Assembly (NCBI GenBank): GCA_009914755.4
Contig: CP068257.2
Location: 11,392,001-11,456,000 of the forward strand
Source: the human T2T-CHM13v2.0 reference genome, Homo sapiens
Length of the DNA stretch: 64,000 nt
Direction: 5' to 3'
Program-made: the position numbers and the translations under genes
Notes under the pieces: generated by a model
The model's database searches: none
What the model saw: the letters and a program-made list of their open reading frames with translations, nothing else
What the model was told of the DNA's origin: nothing
In this document: positions 1 to 12,922 of the stretch, in pieces
Layout: each line of letters starts with the position of its first letter
How positions within the stretch are numbered: the stretch's first letter is position 1

Positions 1-378
1 CATTTTACTACTTTCTAACTAGCTCCAAGGAAATGGTGTGAGTCAAAGCAAAATGGGTGACACCCAGTATTGCAATTGTGATTTTCATACAAAAAATTAT
101 TTACATAAGGTGATCTATGAAATGAGATGTGGTAACACATAGGATCTTGTGTGCAATATTTTGTTAGTAGGGATCTCAGAAATGAGAAAATACCAACTTG
201 CATCTTCTTTGTGGAACTTACAAAAAATAAAGGTAGGGTTTTGTCTTCCACAGCAGCTGGAAATGAACATAGTGACTAAGCATCATTCTAACAAAGATTT
301 GTTGGTTCAGAGTTTAAGGAGGTAGATAAAGAGTAGTAGTAGTCCAAGCCAGATGCTGACATCTATTAGTTTTCTGCC

Positions 379-590
379 CTTGGTGTGACTGATGAGCTCA
401 GTAATAGAGTATAATTAGGTTATCTGATTTAATGATTTAATATATTTATAAATAAATTTCATTACAAAATATAAAATAGCTTAGATGCTCTGAATTACAA
501 GCCACAAAGAATAGAACATCTAATATCCAAAAGTAGGAATTAATAACAGAAAATTGCAATATTTGAATATTATAACCTATGAAGAAAAAC
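379..590. repeat. Copy 1 of a ~210-bp local duplication (second copy at 1691-1900)
   Basis: Direct comparison: 'ccttggtgtgactgatgagctcagtaatag...aattaataacagaaaattgcaatatttgaatattataacctat' recurs at 1691-1900 with about 85-90% identity. Confidence 0.8.
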
Positions 591-747
591 ATTTTTTTTT
601 GTTTTTTTTTTTTTTGTAATTTAATTTTTGTTGACACATGGTCTCCCTATGTTGCCCAGGCTGGTCTTGAACTTCTGGATTCAAGCAATCCTCCTGTCTC
701 AGCATCCAAAAGTGCTTGCCTCACAAGCATGAGCCACTGCACCAGGC
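590..747 (-). mobile_element. Free left Alu monomer (FLAM-like) with T-rich linker, antisense
   Basis: T-rich run then 'gacacatggtctccctatgttgcccaggctggtcttgaacttctgg...gcatgagccactgcaccaggcc', the reverse complement of the Alu left arm. Confidence 0.6.
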
Positions 748-1690
748 CAATATATTGGGTTTTATTGGGAATTTTAAATTGTTTCAGCAATAAGGTTGAA
801 GAACAAATAATTTTTTTGCTTCATTTTTTATTTTAAGCATTTTAAAAATGTTATCTTGTTAAATCTTTATAATAACCTAGTGAAATAAGGCCCTAAAATC
901 CTCATTTTTAGAAGACATTGAGTCTAAGAGAAGCAACTTGTTCAAGAAAAGATACCTGTTGGTAGCCATGCTAGGACTTATTCCGAGTTAGGGACATTTT
1001 CCATATGTCAAGCTAACTTTAGTTAATTTACTGAGTTATACTGCCCTCACTTTATGAGTGTTTTATCTTTCTTTCTTCTTTAATTAGAAGCTTAATAAGT
1101 TCATAGAGCTTGTATACTTAAAGTCTATGGAAAAAGTAATGTTCTGATGTTAGCTCTAATATTGTCTGAAATACTCTAAGAATGTAATAAATTTGGTAAA
1201 TTTTTTTATATCAGTGTTAAAATAGTGATTTTATTTATTTCATTTTTATACATAGCATTCATCAACAACTTTTGGAATATAAACAAAAGATATCTAAAAA
1301 TTCTCAAAATAGTAATCCAGGTAAGACCTCTGATAGTAAACTACTCTTGGTGGTGCTACCATAAGATTATAGGAGTGTTAATCACAAAAGAGCTATTAGA
1401 AAAGCAATGTGTAAGTAGCATGTGTTTACATATAGACCTATATGTAAGTGTTTTTTTATATACAAAGCTTTGATTTAATTTTTTAGTTTATAATTCAGAA
1501 TTCATTAAGAATTTAGTTGTAGGTAGTTTATAATCTCAAAAATATTATCTGAAAAAATATTTGTTTAATTGTGGTCCCTAATATCCTATATAATACTTTT
1601 GTATAAATAAGTAAAACAATTTTTAAGTTTATCTATAGTATGTTTCCCAAACTGTCATAAAAATTTATGCTTGTTATAAAATGTATAATC

Positions 1691-1900
1691 CTTGGTGTGA
1701 TTGATGAGCTCAGTAATAGGGGATTATCAGCTTATCCAATTTAATGAATTAATATATTTATAAATAAATTTTATTACAAATTATAAAATAGCATCGGTGC
1801 CTTGAATTACAAGCCACAAATAATAGAACTTCTAATAATGAAAAGTAGGAATTAATAACAGAAAACTGCAACATTTGAATATTATAACCTATAAAGGAAC
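1691..1900. repeat. Copy 2 of the ~210-bp local duplication
   Basis: Homologous to 379-590; like copy 1 it is followed by a FLAM-like fragment (2157-2207). Confidence 0.8.
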
Positions 1901-1904
1901 ACAG

Positions 1905-2160
1905 TTAACTGTTTAATAAACAAATATTTGTTTATGTTTAATAAACAAATATTTGTTTATTTAACATAAACAAACATATAAAATGTTTATTTGTTAAATA
2001 AACAAATAAATAATTTATTTGTTTGTTTATTAAACATAAACAAAATGTTTATTTGTTAAATAAACAAATAAATAATTTATTTGTTTATTAAACATAAACA
2101 TAAAATGTTTATTTGTTAAATAAACAAATAAATAATTTATTTGTTTGTTTCTTTATTGTA
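1905..2160. repeat. AT-rich minisatellite, ~58-bp period, unit contains the palindrome 'ataaacaaatatttgtttat'
   Basis: Repeated 'aaatgtttatttgttaaataaacaaataaataatttatttgtttgtttattaaacataaaca' about 4 times; the core is its own reverse complement. Confidence 0.85.
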
Positions 2161-2207
2161 GAGACATGGTCTCCTTATGTTACCCAGGCTGGTCTTGAAC
2201 TTCTGGG
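2157..2207 (-). mobile_element. Short FLAM/Alu left-arm fragment (antisense)
   Basis: 'gagacatggtctccttatgttacccaggctggtcttgaacttctgggc'. Confidence 0.5.
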
Positions 2208-3465
2208 CTTTATTTAATTTTTACAATAAATGATTTGCATTTAGAAAATTAGAATTAATTACAGTTGAGTATTGAGCAACATGAGAGTTAGGGTGCTGAT
2301 CCCCCCATGCAGCTGAAAATCTGCTTTATAGGAAAATCTGTTTCTTTTGACTCTTCCAAAACTCTACAACATTCTACTGTTGACCTGGAGCCTGAAAAAA
2401 GGTGAAAGCTTAAGCAGTCAATTAACCCATAGTTTCTATTTTATATGTACTATATACTGTATTCTTAGAATAAAGTGAGCTGGAGAAAAGAAACTGTTAT
2501 AAAGAGGAAGAAATATATTCACTATTTATTAGATGGAAGTGAATTATTATACATAAAGGACTTCATTCTCATTGCCTTTATGTTGAGTAGGCTGATAAGG
2601 AGGAGGCAAAGGCGAGATTTTTCTTAGTATCTTGCAGTGGCAAAGGAAAAGAAAAATCTGTCTATTAGTGGGCTCCTAGAGTGAGAACCCTTATTCAAAG
2701 ATCAACTGTGTGGCATAGTGACTTGCGTCACTAAAAAAGTAACTATCTTTAGAATTTGGAACTCAATAATACTTTTCTTGCACCATAAATGAATGTCAAT
2801 AAGAATTAACATAACTTAGCAAGGATGCATCAGTACCAATAGGAGATTATTTTTCAAAGATACCTACTGAGTGCAGAAGTCAGAAAAGCAATTCTTTGTT
2901 GAGAAGCACAGGTTATGTTACATAGTCTTGTACCAACAAGGTCTCACTATTATCAATTTCATTCCCTCTAAGTTGAAACCAAATAAGATATATTTACTTC
3001 ATTAGAACAAGATGTGTTGTTCTATCTGCTGGATAATTAGTGTGTTGATAGTAATTTTGTTACAACAAGTTACTCTGTTCCTACTAGCCAAAATATTATC
3101 ATTATAAATATACAACTAGCTCAACTCTAGGCTCAACGAATTATAATAAAAGTGGAAAAAATTTTCACAATAACAAAAGTGCTACTGTGATACCTAAATG
3201 TGACAGAATACATTGTACAATATGAACTGTATGAACACATCTTTAATTTATTACATATTTATCAAAGGACTTCTATAAGTTAGATTTTGCAAGTTGCAGG
3301 AGACCAACATGGAATACACATAGTCTGGGTCTTTAAGGTGCTCATAATACAGTAGAGCTGTCTCTGTTGAATTTCTTCATTTTTCCAACAGAATTTCCTA
3401 ACTATGTTTTCTATTTGTGTATCCACTTGTCCACTTAACAAATAACTGTCAGGTATCTTTAAGGT

Positions 3466-3590
3466 ACTAAGCATCTTTCTTGTTATTATCATTGTCATTT
3501 TTTATTATTTACTACTTTATTAAGTTACTAAGCATTTTTCTTGTTATTATCATCTTTTTTATTATTTACTACTTTATTTAGTGCTTACTC
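3466..3590. repeat. Tandem duplication, ~61-bp unit x2
   Basis: 'actaagcatctttcttgttattatcattgtcattttttattatttactactttattaagtt' is repeated immediately. Confidence 0.8.
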
Positions 3591-3705
3591 TGTGCCAGAA
3601 CCCCTTTGGGAGCTTATAACTATCACTTATTATGTCATTACCATATTCAGTATGTGTCAGACATTTTATATCCAACGTGAAGAATTAAAGCTTTAAAAAG
3701 TTTGG

Positions 3706-4240
<535 letters not shown>

Positions 4241-4838
4241 AATAGGATACAGTGAATTCCTCTTCAAAGATTTTAGCCTGTAAACATCCTTTAAAATTCA
4301 AGAGGGGGGAAGATTAAGTACAATGAGTTCTGAGTTCCTCATCAAAGAACAAATATGTCAGTATGTTCAGCTTCTCCGTTCTTTGTTCTCCGTTTTAAAG
4401 TTTAACTTCCTCGTTCGTTATGCCTCCTTGCCCCTAGTTTCATTAAACAACCCCCTTCTAGCCTCTAACACCTGCTTTGTCTTTAGTCATTCTTAGTAAC
4501 CTGCTCTGTCCTTAGTCATCCTTAGACACCTGCTCTGTAACTGTCTTTCCCGCTGAAACTACTCACCCTGCCACTCCAGCTCATACCCCTGCCCTCTTTG
4601 AAATAGCCAATCTGAATTGGCTTAGAGTGTGCAGTCCAACCCTATCCAATAGGGAAAAGACACAACAGTAGGGACTAGCTGCGTTAGAAATAAGAACACT
4701 TTCCCCTCCCTTGTCCGGTGTGATCTTGCCTTTGCTCCATCTGCAAGACCACTCTTCCATAGAAGTAAATTTGCCTTGCTGTAAAAACTTGTTGCTGGAG
4801 TGCTGACGGTTCTTTGTGGCACCGAAAATTATTTTCCA
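4241..4838 (+). mobile_element. HERV 5' LTR (class I / gamma-like ERV)
   Basis: About 600 bp, collinear and ~85-90% identical to 12338-12922; begins 'taggatacagtgaattcctcttcaaag', ends '...ttattttcca'. Confidence 0.75.
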
Positions 4839-5477
4839 AAAATTTGAGGGCCCACCCAACATTCCCATTCTCCTCTGGGGGAGGGTCCAGTCCTCTCCCT
4901 TGAGGAGGTGCACCCCGCTGCCTCGTTGCAGTGGCCATAAAGGTAAGGAATCAAGACTCAACTGGTGCGATTAATAAACCCGGGCTCTCAGCAACGTGGA
5001 AAGAAACAGGCCAGCAACTCTGGGGAAAGGATCTTCACATACCGTGGCGACCAGGTAACTGTGCACAGACCGAGGTAAGAAATGTCGCAGGGGTGACAAA
5101 GTATTTCCTTGGTGGTCGGGATATTCTGGAGGTTGAAAGTGTGTGTGAATGATCACAAGCACTACTGCTTGTGGTGCTGTTTGTGTGGATGATACTAAGC
5201 ATTATTGCTGTGAGGAGTGAGTGGGTCCTATCTGCGGTTTTTTATTTGAATAAAAAACCTTTGAAGAGGAATTCACTGTATCCTCATAGGGCTCAGGGCA
5301 GATCTTGCTGTGGGGTTTATACCATGATGCCAATGCAAAGAGGGACGGAAAATTCCTGGGAGGGAAGCAGCCAGAGTGGATGAAGTGAAAGAAGGGTGTG
5401 AGGAGCCTCCAGCAGGTGGGGATAAAGGATAGGGAAGAAATCTCTAGCATGCGGGATTGAGCCTAACCAGGACCTAA

Positions 5478-7560
5478 CATGGGAAAAGCCCCAAATAAGA
5501 TAGGGAGCAAAAAAGAAGAGGATAGTAACAAAGACATGCCCCTCATAGTCCCCTGGGTCTCATGTTAAAATATTGGAAGGATAATGAGAGGACTAAACAT
5601 AAGAAAAAGCATTAGAGGATAAAATATTGCTGTTTCATTTGGACCCAAGGTCCCATTTTCAAACACTCAATCTTCTGGCCAAAGTTTGGGTCGATTGAGA
5701 ATGTAATATGTCAACTTCTAATTCAATATGTTAATGATAAAAATCTGGTTTCTCAAGAAGAACTAGACTATGCTCTTTGTTGGAGACAGGGACCTGTCTT
5801 TATTCCCATAAAGACAACTAGGGAAGAACCCGATCCAGTATCTCAAATTGAAAAGTCAGACGAGCTGACTCCCACACCTAAAGCCACCACATGGGATCCC
5901 CTATACCATTTTGCCCTGCTCAGTACCTCTGACCCTTCCCCTCGGGCAGCTGCTGCCACCCCATATCCCACCCCAGATCCTTCTCCTGCTCACGCTGTTA
6001 CTCCTCCTTACAACTCTAATTCTTGGGAGTTATCATCCCATGAGCCTGTCCCCTGTCAGCTTAAATACCTCTCCCTAAAGGGACTCCAGCATGAGGTACA
6101 GCAATGTAAAAAGGACGTTCAGAACTTCCCTTTTCCGTCCACACCTAAAGAGTCAGCCCCAACTCTCTTCCCCTTAAAAGACATGCCACAAGGAGGAGGA
6201 GCCATTGTATTTGTGAATGCTCCCTTGACCAGTTCAGAAGTCTGAAGTTTGAAAAAGGAAATTAAGCCATTGTTAGACGACCCTTATGAGGTGGCAGATC
6301 AGGTTGATCAATTCTTGGGACCTCAGTTATACACTTTGGTCGAGTTTATGTCCATCCTAGGCATCCTCTTTTCGGAGGAGGAAAGAAGCATGATCTGATC
6401 CGTAGGGCTGCTATGGCAATTTGGGAATATGAACACACTCCTTGTCAAAACGTTCCTACCACGGACCAAAAATTCCCTGCCCAAGATCCCCGGTGGGATA
6501 ATAATAACGCAGCTCACCAAGAAAACATGCAAGACATAAGGGAAATGATAATGAAAGAAACTAGGGAATCAGTACCCCAAACTCAAAATCTCTCCAAAGC
6601 ATTTGATATACAACAGGAGAGAGGTGAGTGGACCATGAAATTCTTAGACAGACTAAAGGAGCAAATGAGAAAATATGCAGGCCTAAATTTGGAAAATCCC
6701 CTGGGACAGGGAATGTTAAATCTCCATTTTTGTCACTAAAAGTTGTCCAGATGTCTCTTTTTATTTTTTTGAGATGGAGTCTCTCTCTGTCACACAGGCT
6801 GGAGTGCAATGGTGCGATCTTGATTCACTGCAAGCTCCGCCTCCCAGGTTCACTCCATTCTCCTGCCTTAGCCTCCCCAAGTAGCTGGAACTACAGGCGC
6901 CCACCACCACGCCCAGCAAATTTTTTGTATTTTTAGTAGAGGCGGGGTTTCTCCGTGTTAACCAGGATGGTCTCAATCTCCTGACCTCGTGATCCACCCA
7001 CCTCGGCCTCTCAAAGTGCTGGGATTACAGGCATGAGCCACTGTGCCTGGCCAACGTTGTCCAGATATTTCAAGAAAGTTACAAAAATTAGAAGATTGGG
7101 AAAACTGACTTCAAGTGAACTTCAATGAGAAGTGAACCTCAAGTGAAGTAACCTCAAGTGAACCTCAGAGAGACTCAAAAAGTATCTGTGAAGAGAGACG
7201 AAGAAAAGCGAAAACAAAAGACAAAACTTATGTTATTCACCTTCCAACAGATGGCTCCAAACCCATGTACCCCTAAACAGAGCTTCCAGTGGGCCAGAAA
7301 CTATAAAGGTTCCAAACCCTCCTTTAAAGGACCCAAGCCTCCATTGGGAGGATCAAGGCTCTCGTCTACCAGTCCATCTAAATAGCATGGGGGAGTAAAA
7401 TCAAAGAATCCCAGAACTGAGAGTGGGGAAGGGCAAGGTAGGCACTACAAATGTGGAAGAACAGGCCACTTCAAGAGAGAATGTCCCAAATTAGAAAAGG
7501 AAAAAGAAGCCCTTCCACTCATGGCTTTTGAGGAAGAATAATGGTGTCAGGGGTTCTGTC
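5478..7560 (+). pseudogene. gag: HERV gag (defective)
   Basis: ATG 'MGKAPNKIGSKKEE...'; capsid-like '...[27 protein letters not shown]'; CCHC zinc knuckle 'HYKCGRTGHFKRECP' near 7440-7500; several stops and frameshifts; Alu inserted at 6757-7052. Confidence 0.8.
6757..7052 (-). mobile_element. Alu inserted into HERV gag
   Basis: Poly-T then 'gagatggagtctc...'; 14-bp TSD 'aaagttgtccagat' (6738-6751) and 'aacgttgtccagat' (7053-7066). Confidence 0.92.
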
Positions 7561-10416
7561 TCTTTTATCTTGAGTCCCACCAGGAGCCCTTGATAAGTCT
7601 AGAAGTGGGACCTAAGCATGAGTTTATAACCTTTTTAGTCAATTCAGGAGTGGCTCGATCCTCTGTTTGTTTCCCCCCCATCTAATATTGCCTGCTCTTC
7701 AGAGGAACTTTTGGTGTGTGGGGTAAAGGGAGAAGGATTTAAAGCAAAAATTTTAGAAAACACAGAAGTCAGATACCAGGCTCAATCAGCTCATATTCAG
7801 TTTTTGTTAATCCCTAAAGCAGGGACTAATTTACTAGGCAGGGATTTAATGTTGAAGTTAGGCATAGGCCTGCAACTCAGCACAAGAGGATTCCTCACCT
7901 CATTAAAGCTACTCACCACTGCAGATGAAAAATATATTAATTCTAATGTCTGATCCAAAGAAGGAAACTGAGGGAAACTCTGAGTCCCTCCAAGCACATC
8001 AAGGTAAAAAACCCCAGGGAAGTAGTAAGGAGGAAACAATACCCCATTCCCCTAGAGGGTAGGATACGGTTGAAACCTATAATTGAAGGTCTTATTAAAG
8101 ATGGGCTTCTTGGGCCCTCTATGTCCCCTTATAACAACCCAATATTGCCAGCCAAGAAATTAGATGGGTCATATCGGCTGGTACAGCACCTTAGGGCTAT
8201 TAACCAAATAGTCCAAACTACCCATCCAATTGTCCTCGATCCTTACACCATTCTCAGCAAGATTCCATATAATAATCAATGGTTTACTGTAATAGATTTG
8301 AAGGATGCTTTTTGGGTATGTCTCCTGGCTGAAGATAGGCCAGATATATTTGCTTTTGAGTGGGAGGATCCCCATTCAGGGTAGAAACAACAATATCGAT
8401 GGATAGTCTTACCCCAAGGGTTCACAAACTCCCCTAACCTTTTCAGTCAAATTTTAGAACAAGTATTAGAAAAAGTTATCATCCCAAACAAATATGCCTG
8501 CTCCAATACGTTGATGATATTCTTATATCTGGTGAAGATATAGAGAAGGTAGCTGGCTTCTCTACACATATTCTCAACCATCTGCAGTTCGAGGGGTTAT
8601 GAGTCTCAAAGGGAAAGCTTCAGTATGTAGAACCTGAAATTAAATATTTAGACCACTTTTAAGTGCAGAGAAGTGAAGAATAGGGCCTGAACGAGTTGAG
8701 GGAATCGTGTCCCTACCCTTGCCTCAAACTTAAACAAGAACTCAGGAAATTTTTAGGGTTATTTGGATACTGCTGCTTATGGATTAACTCACATGCACTA
8801 AACAGTAAAATTCTATATCCAAAACTTGCCCAGGGGAAGACTGACCATTTCCTGTGGACTTCTGAGGAAGTCCATCAGGTTGAAGAGCTGAAAAAAGGCT
8901 TATAACAGCCCCTGTCTTAGCCTTACCTTCCCTAGAAAAGCCATTCCACCTTTTTGTCAACGTGGATAATGGGGTAGCTTTAGGAGTGCTCACTTAAGAA
9001 CATGGAGGCCATTGGCAGACCATGGTGGCCTTCCTGTCAAAAGTCTTAGATCCAGTTACTTGTGAGTGGCCTCAATACATCCAATCCATTGTGGCTACAG
9101 CACTAATGGTCAAAGAAAGCAGGAAGTTAACCTTTGGAGGAAAATTGACAGTAATAACGCCCCATCAAGTTAGAACTATCTTAAACCAGAAAGCAGGGAG
9201 GTGGCTTACTGACTCAAGAATCTTAAAGTATGAGACTATTCTGTTAGAAAAAGATGATTTAACATTAACCACTGATAATTCCCTTAACCCAGCAGTTTTC
9301 CTAATAGGGGATCCAAATCTAAAGAGATAGCACACATGTTTACATTTAACTGATTACCATACAAAGGTCTGACCAGACCTAGGAGAAACTCCCTTCAGGA
9401 TGGGATGACACTTATTTATAGATGGTTGCTCCCAGGTGATTGAGGCAAAAAGATGCAATGGGTATTCAGTAATTGATAGGGAAACTCTTGAAGAAATTGA
9501 GGTAGGAAAATTGCCTAAGAATTGGTCTGCCCAAACTTGTGGGCTGTTTGCACTCAGCTGAGCCTTAAAGTACTTGCAGAACCAGGAAGTAGCCATCTAT
9601 ACCAATTCTAAGTATGCCTTTGGAGTGGCTCATACATTGGGAAAAATTTAGACTGAACGAGGTCTCATTAATAGTAAACATCAAGATCTTGTTCATAAGG
9701 ATCTAATCACCTAAGTATTGAATAACCTTCAGTTGCCAGAGGAAATAGTGATTGTCCATGTCCCCAGACACCAGAAAAGTCTTTCTTTTGACAGTCCAGG
9801 AAATAGCCTAGCAGATTACATAGGGAAACAGGCTGCCATTTCTTTTAAAACATCTATTTTTCACTGAACTCTTTACCTTCCTCCTCCTACCATAATCTCC
9901 ATTTTCTCTTCCACTGAAAAGAGAAACTAATAAAAATAGGTGCTAAAGAGAATTCAGAATAAAAATGAATATTGTCAGACCAGAGGGAAATGTTGTTCAA
10001 ACCCTTTATGAGGGAAAACTTGTCCCAACTGCATCAAGGGACCCACTGGGGGTCCCAAGCCATGTGTGACACAGTTCTGAAAGTTTTTGGGTGTATAGGA
10101 ATTTATACTCTGACCAAACAGGTTACAGACATTTGCTTAGTATGTAAGAAAACTAATAAAAAAACTATAAAAAGATTACCCCTTGGGAGAAGGAGTCCAG
10201 ACTTAAAGTATCCTGATTGATTACACAGAGATGCCTCCAATAGGTCGTCTAAAATATTTACTAGTGACAGTAGATCACCTTACTCACTGGGTCAAAGCTA
10301 TTCCCTTTTCAAATGTGATGGCCAATGATGTAGTTAAGGCCTTAATTGAAAATATAGTGCCCAGGTTTAGGCTAATAGAAAACATTGACTCAGACAATGG
10401 AACCCATTTTGCCTGA
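7560..10416 (+). pseudogene. pol: HERV pro-pol (protease, RT, RNase H, integrase), defective
   Basis: Protease 'LLGRDLMLKLG'. RT 'LLGPSMSPYNNPILPAKKLDGSYRLVQHLRAINQ...WFTVIDLKDAFW' and 'LQYVDDILIS'. Integrase HHCC 'HQGTHWG...CLVCKK' and core 'LLVTVDHLTHW...DSDNGTHF'. Multiple stops and frameshifts; integrase C-terminus missing. Confidence 0.85.
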
Positions 10417-10836
10417 AACTATTACATTTGATCCTTGCCTTGCTATACCTTTGGAGACTTGTCAAGTTGAAGACAGCTCTCAACTTCAGAAAAGTACCTC
10501 TGTACTTCCTGGCTCTCCTCAGACTGGACATTAGAGAATTTGGATCATTTAGTCTGCGAAAGTTTCAATGAAGACCCCAGTGTCAACTGGGAGTCTTGCC
10601 CCCTTGACACAGAGCTTTTATGATGTAGTTGGTCCAACTACGTGCAAGTGAGAGCAAGGATGGACTGCCCCAACAAGTAGTTGTAATTCCTAAAATCATA
10701 CATTCATTTTACTAAAGATATAGCTCCCCCTAACTTTCAGGTAAACTAGTGCAACCCAATACAGGTTATTATTTCAAACCCTCAAAGATCTTCCCCTTCT
10801 CTAAGCCAATTCCCTTCTTTAAGCTGGTTTTATGAT

Positions 10837-12296
10837 ATGGGGGCTGAGTTTTCAGAAACGGACCCTATTGGATCTTTTGGAATATGCTTCATTGCTCCCC
10901 TACTGCCTACAGCTTCCCCTAAGTCTTCTTCCAAAAACTCTCACAATGAAACTGTTGTTCCTCCTCCATCTAATGAGAAGACCAAGGTAGCTATTGTAGA
11001 AGTTAAAGACCTAAAACAAACTTTGGTAACTGAGGCAGGATATCAAGATGTGAATGCCTGGTTGGAATGCATCAAATACTCCGTTCGCACTTTAAACAAA
11101 AGCAACTGTTACGCTTGTGCACACAGCACACCAAAGGCCCAGATTGTCCCCTTTCCACTAGGATGGTCCTTCAGTCGACCAGGCATGGTCTGTATGGTAG
11201 CTCTTTTCCAGGGTTCCACAGCCTGGGGTAACAAGTCATGTCAATCTCTCTCTCTGCTATATCCCAAAGTTCAACACCCTGCAGGTCAGCCTCCAAGGGC
11301 CATCCAGCTTCTGTCTCCCGACACTAAGTTCACTTCATGTCTCTCACAACAAGGAGGAAACTTAGCATTGTTTGGAGGCCTAAAAGGATGCAGTAAGCTT
11401 AAGACTTTCCAAGAGCTTACCAATCAGTCATCGCTTATACACCCCTGAGCAGATGTATGGTGGTATTGTGGTGGACCTTTACTGGACACTCTGCCAAGTA
11501 ACTGGAGCAGCCCTCGTGCTCTAGTCCTGTTGGCTATACTTTTCACTCTGGCATTTCATCAACCAGAAAAAGGGAAAACACAACATTGTAAAGCAAGGGA
11601 AGTCCCTTACGGGTCTTTTGACTCCCACATTTATTTAGATGCTATTGGAATCCCATGAGGAGTACCAGATACATTTAAGCCTAAGATCAAATAGCTACAG
11701 GATTTGAATCAATATTTTGGTGGGTGACAATAAAAATGTAGATTTGATGAATTACATCTATAATAATCAACAGTGGTTTATTAATTCCACCAGGGATGTT
11801 GTCAAAGGAATAGCAGAACAATTGAGGCCAACTAGCCAGATGGCCTGGGAAAACAGAATGGCCCTGGATATGATATTAGCTGAAAAAGGTGGTGTTTGTG
11901 TTATCATTAAAACTCAGTGATACACCTTTATCCATTGGGGGCAAACAACACTGCCCCCAATGGGAGCATAACAAGGGCCCTACAAGGATTTACCACTTTA
12001 TCCAATGAATTAGCTAAAAATTCTGGGGTCAATAACCCTTTCTCCAGATGGCTAGAAAGGTGTTTCAGTAAATGGGAAGAAATCATAGCCTCAATTCTTA
12101 CTTCTCTTACAGAAGTAACGGCTGTACTCATTCTTGTTGGGTGTTGTGTCATACCATGCATCCATGGGCTAGTGCAAAGGCTTATAGAAACAACACTTTC
12201 TAAAACCTCCCTTAGCTGTCCTCCACCTTATTCAGATAGGCTTTTCTTTTTAGAGGATCAAGTTGAAAAAAAAAAAAAAGCCAAGACATGTTAAAA
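10837..12296 (+). pseudogene. env: HERV env (SU + TM), defective
   Basis: SU-like ORF 10837-11448. TM with immunosuppressive-domain-like 'AWENRMALDMILAEKGGVCVII' followed by a stop. Membrane anchor 'ILVGCCVIPCIHGLVQRLIE'. Confidence 0.8.
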
Positions 12297-12318
12297 AGGT
12301 TTGAAGAGGAAGGGCTAT

Positions 12319-12337
12319 AAAAATTGAAAGAGGGAAT
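12319..12337 (+). promoter_or_regulatory. Putative polypurine tract preceding the 3' LTR
   Basis: Purine-rich 'aaaaattgaaagagggaat' immediately 5' of the LTR start. Confidence 0.4.
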
Positions 12338-12922
12338 TGTAGAATACAGTGAATTCCTCTTCAAAGGTTTTAGCCTGTTAATGTCCTTTAAAGTTCAAGA
12401 GAGGGAAGATTGTTAAGTACAGTGAGTTCTGAGTTCCTCTTCAAAGAACAAATATGTGAATATGTTCAGCTTCTCTATTCTTTGTTCTCCATTTTAAAGT
12501 TTAACTTCCTCATTATTTATGCATCCTTGCCCCTAGTTTCAGTAAATGACCCCCTCCTAGTCCCTATCACCTACTCTATCCTTAGCCATTCTTAGTCACC
12601 TGCTCTCTCCTTAGTCATCCTTAGTCGCCCGCTCTGTAACCATCCTTCCTGCAGAAACTACCCACCCCGCCACTCTGGCTTGCACCCCTGTCCTCTTTGA
12701 AGTAGCCAGTCAAAATTAGCTTAGAGTGTTCCGTCCAACCCTAGCCAACAGGGGAGAGACACAAAAGTAGGGACTAGCTGCATTAGGAATAAGAACCCTT
12801 TCCCCTCTCTTATCCAGTGTGCTCTTGCCATTGCTCCATCCGCAAGACTCACCCTTCTATAGAAGTAAATTTGCCTTGCTGGAGTGCTAACTCTTCTTTG
12901 TGTCACCAAAAAGTTATTTCCA
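12338..12922 (+). mobile_element. HERV 3' LTR
   Basis: Collinear with 4241-4838 ('tgtagaatacagtgaattcctcttcaaag...gttatttcca'). Confidence 0.75.

Noticed and set aside
1905-2160. Regularly spaced palindromic repeats, superficially CRISPR-like
   Set aside because: This is eukaryotic AT-rich DNA. The units are contiguous, with no unique spacers of constant length. There are no cas genes, and the context is Alu-rich. It is a minisatellite.
4811-4838. tRNA-Phe/His-like primer-binding-site candidate 'tggcaccgaaaattattttcca'
   Set aside because: The homologous string ('tgtcaccaaaaagttatttcca') sits at the same position in the 3' LTR copy, so it lies inside the LTR rather than after it. The match to the Phe PBS is only about 9 of 14. 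It cannot be called a PBS.
10837-11448. 203-aa ORF that could be mistaken for a host gene
   Set aside because: It is the SU portion of the defective HERV env. It is followed by TM motifs in other frames and by the 3' LTR.
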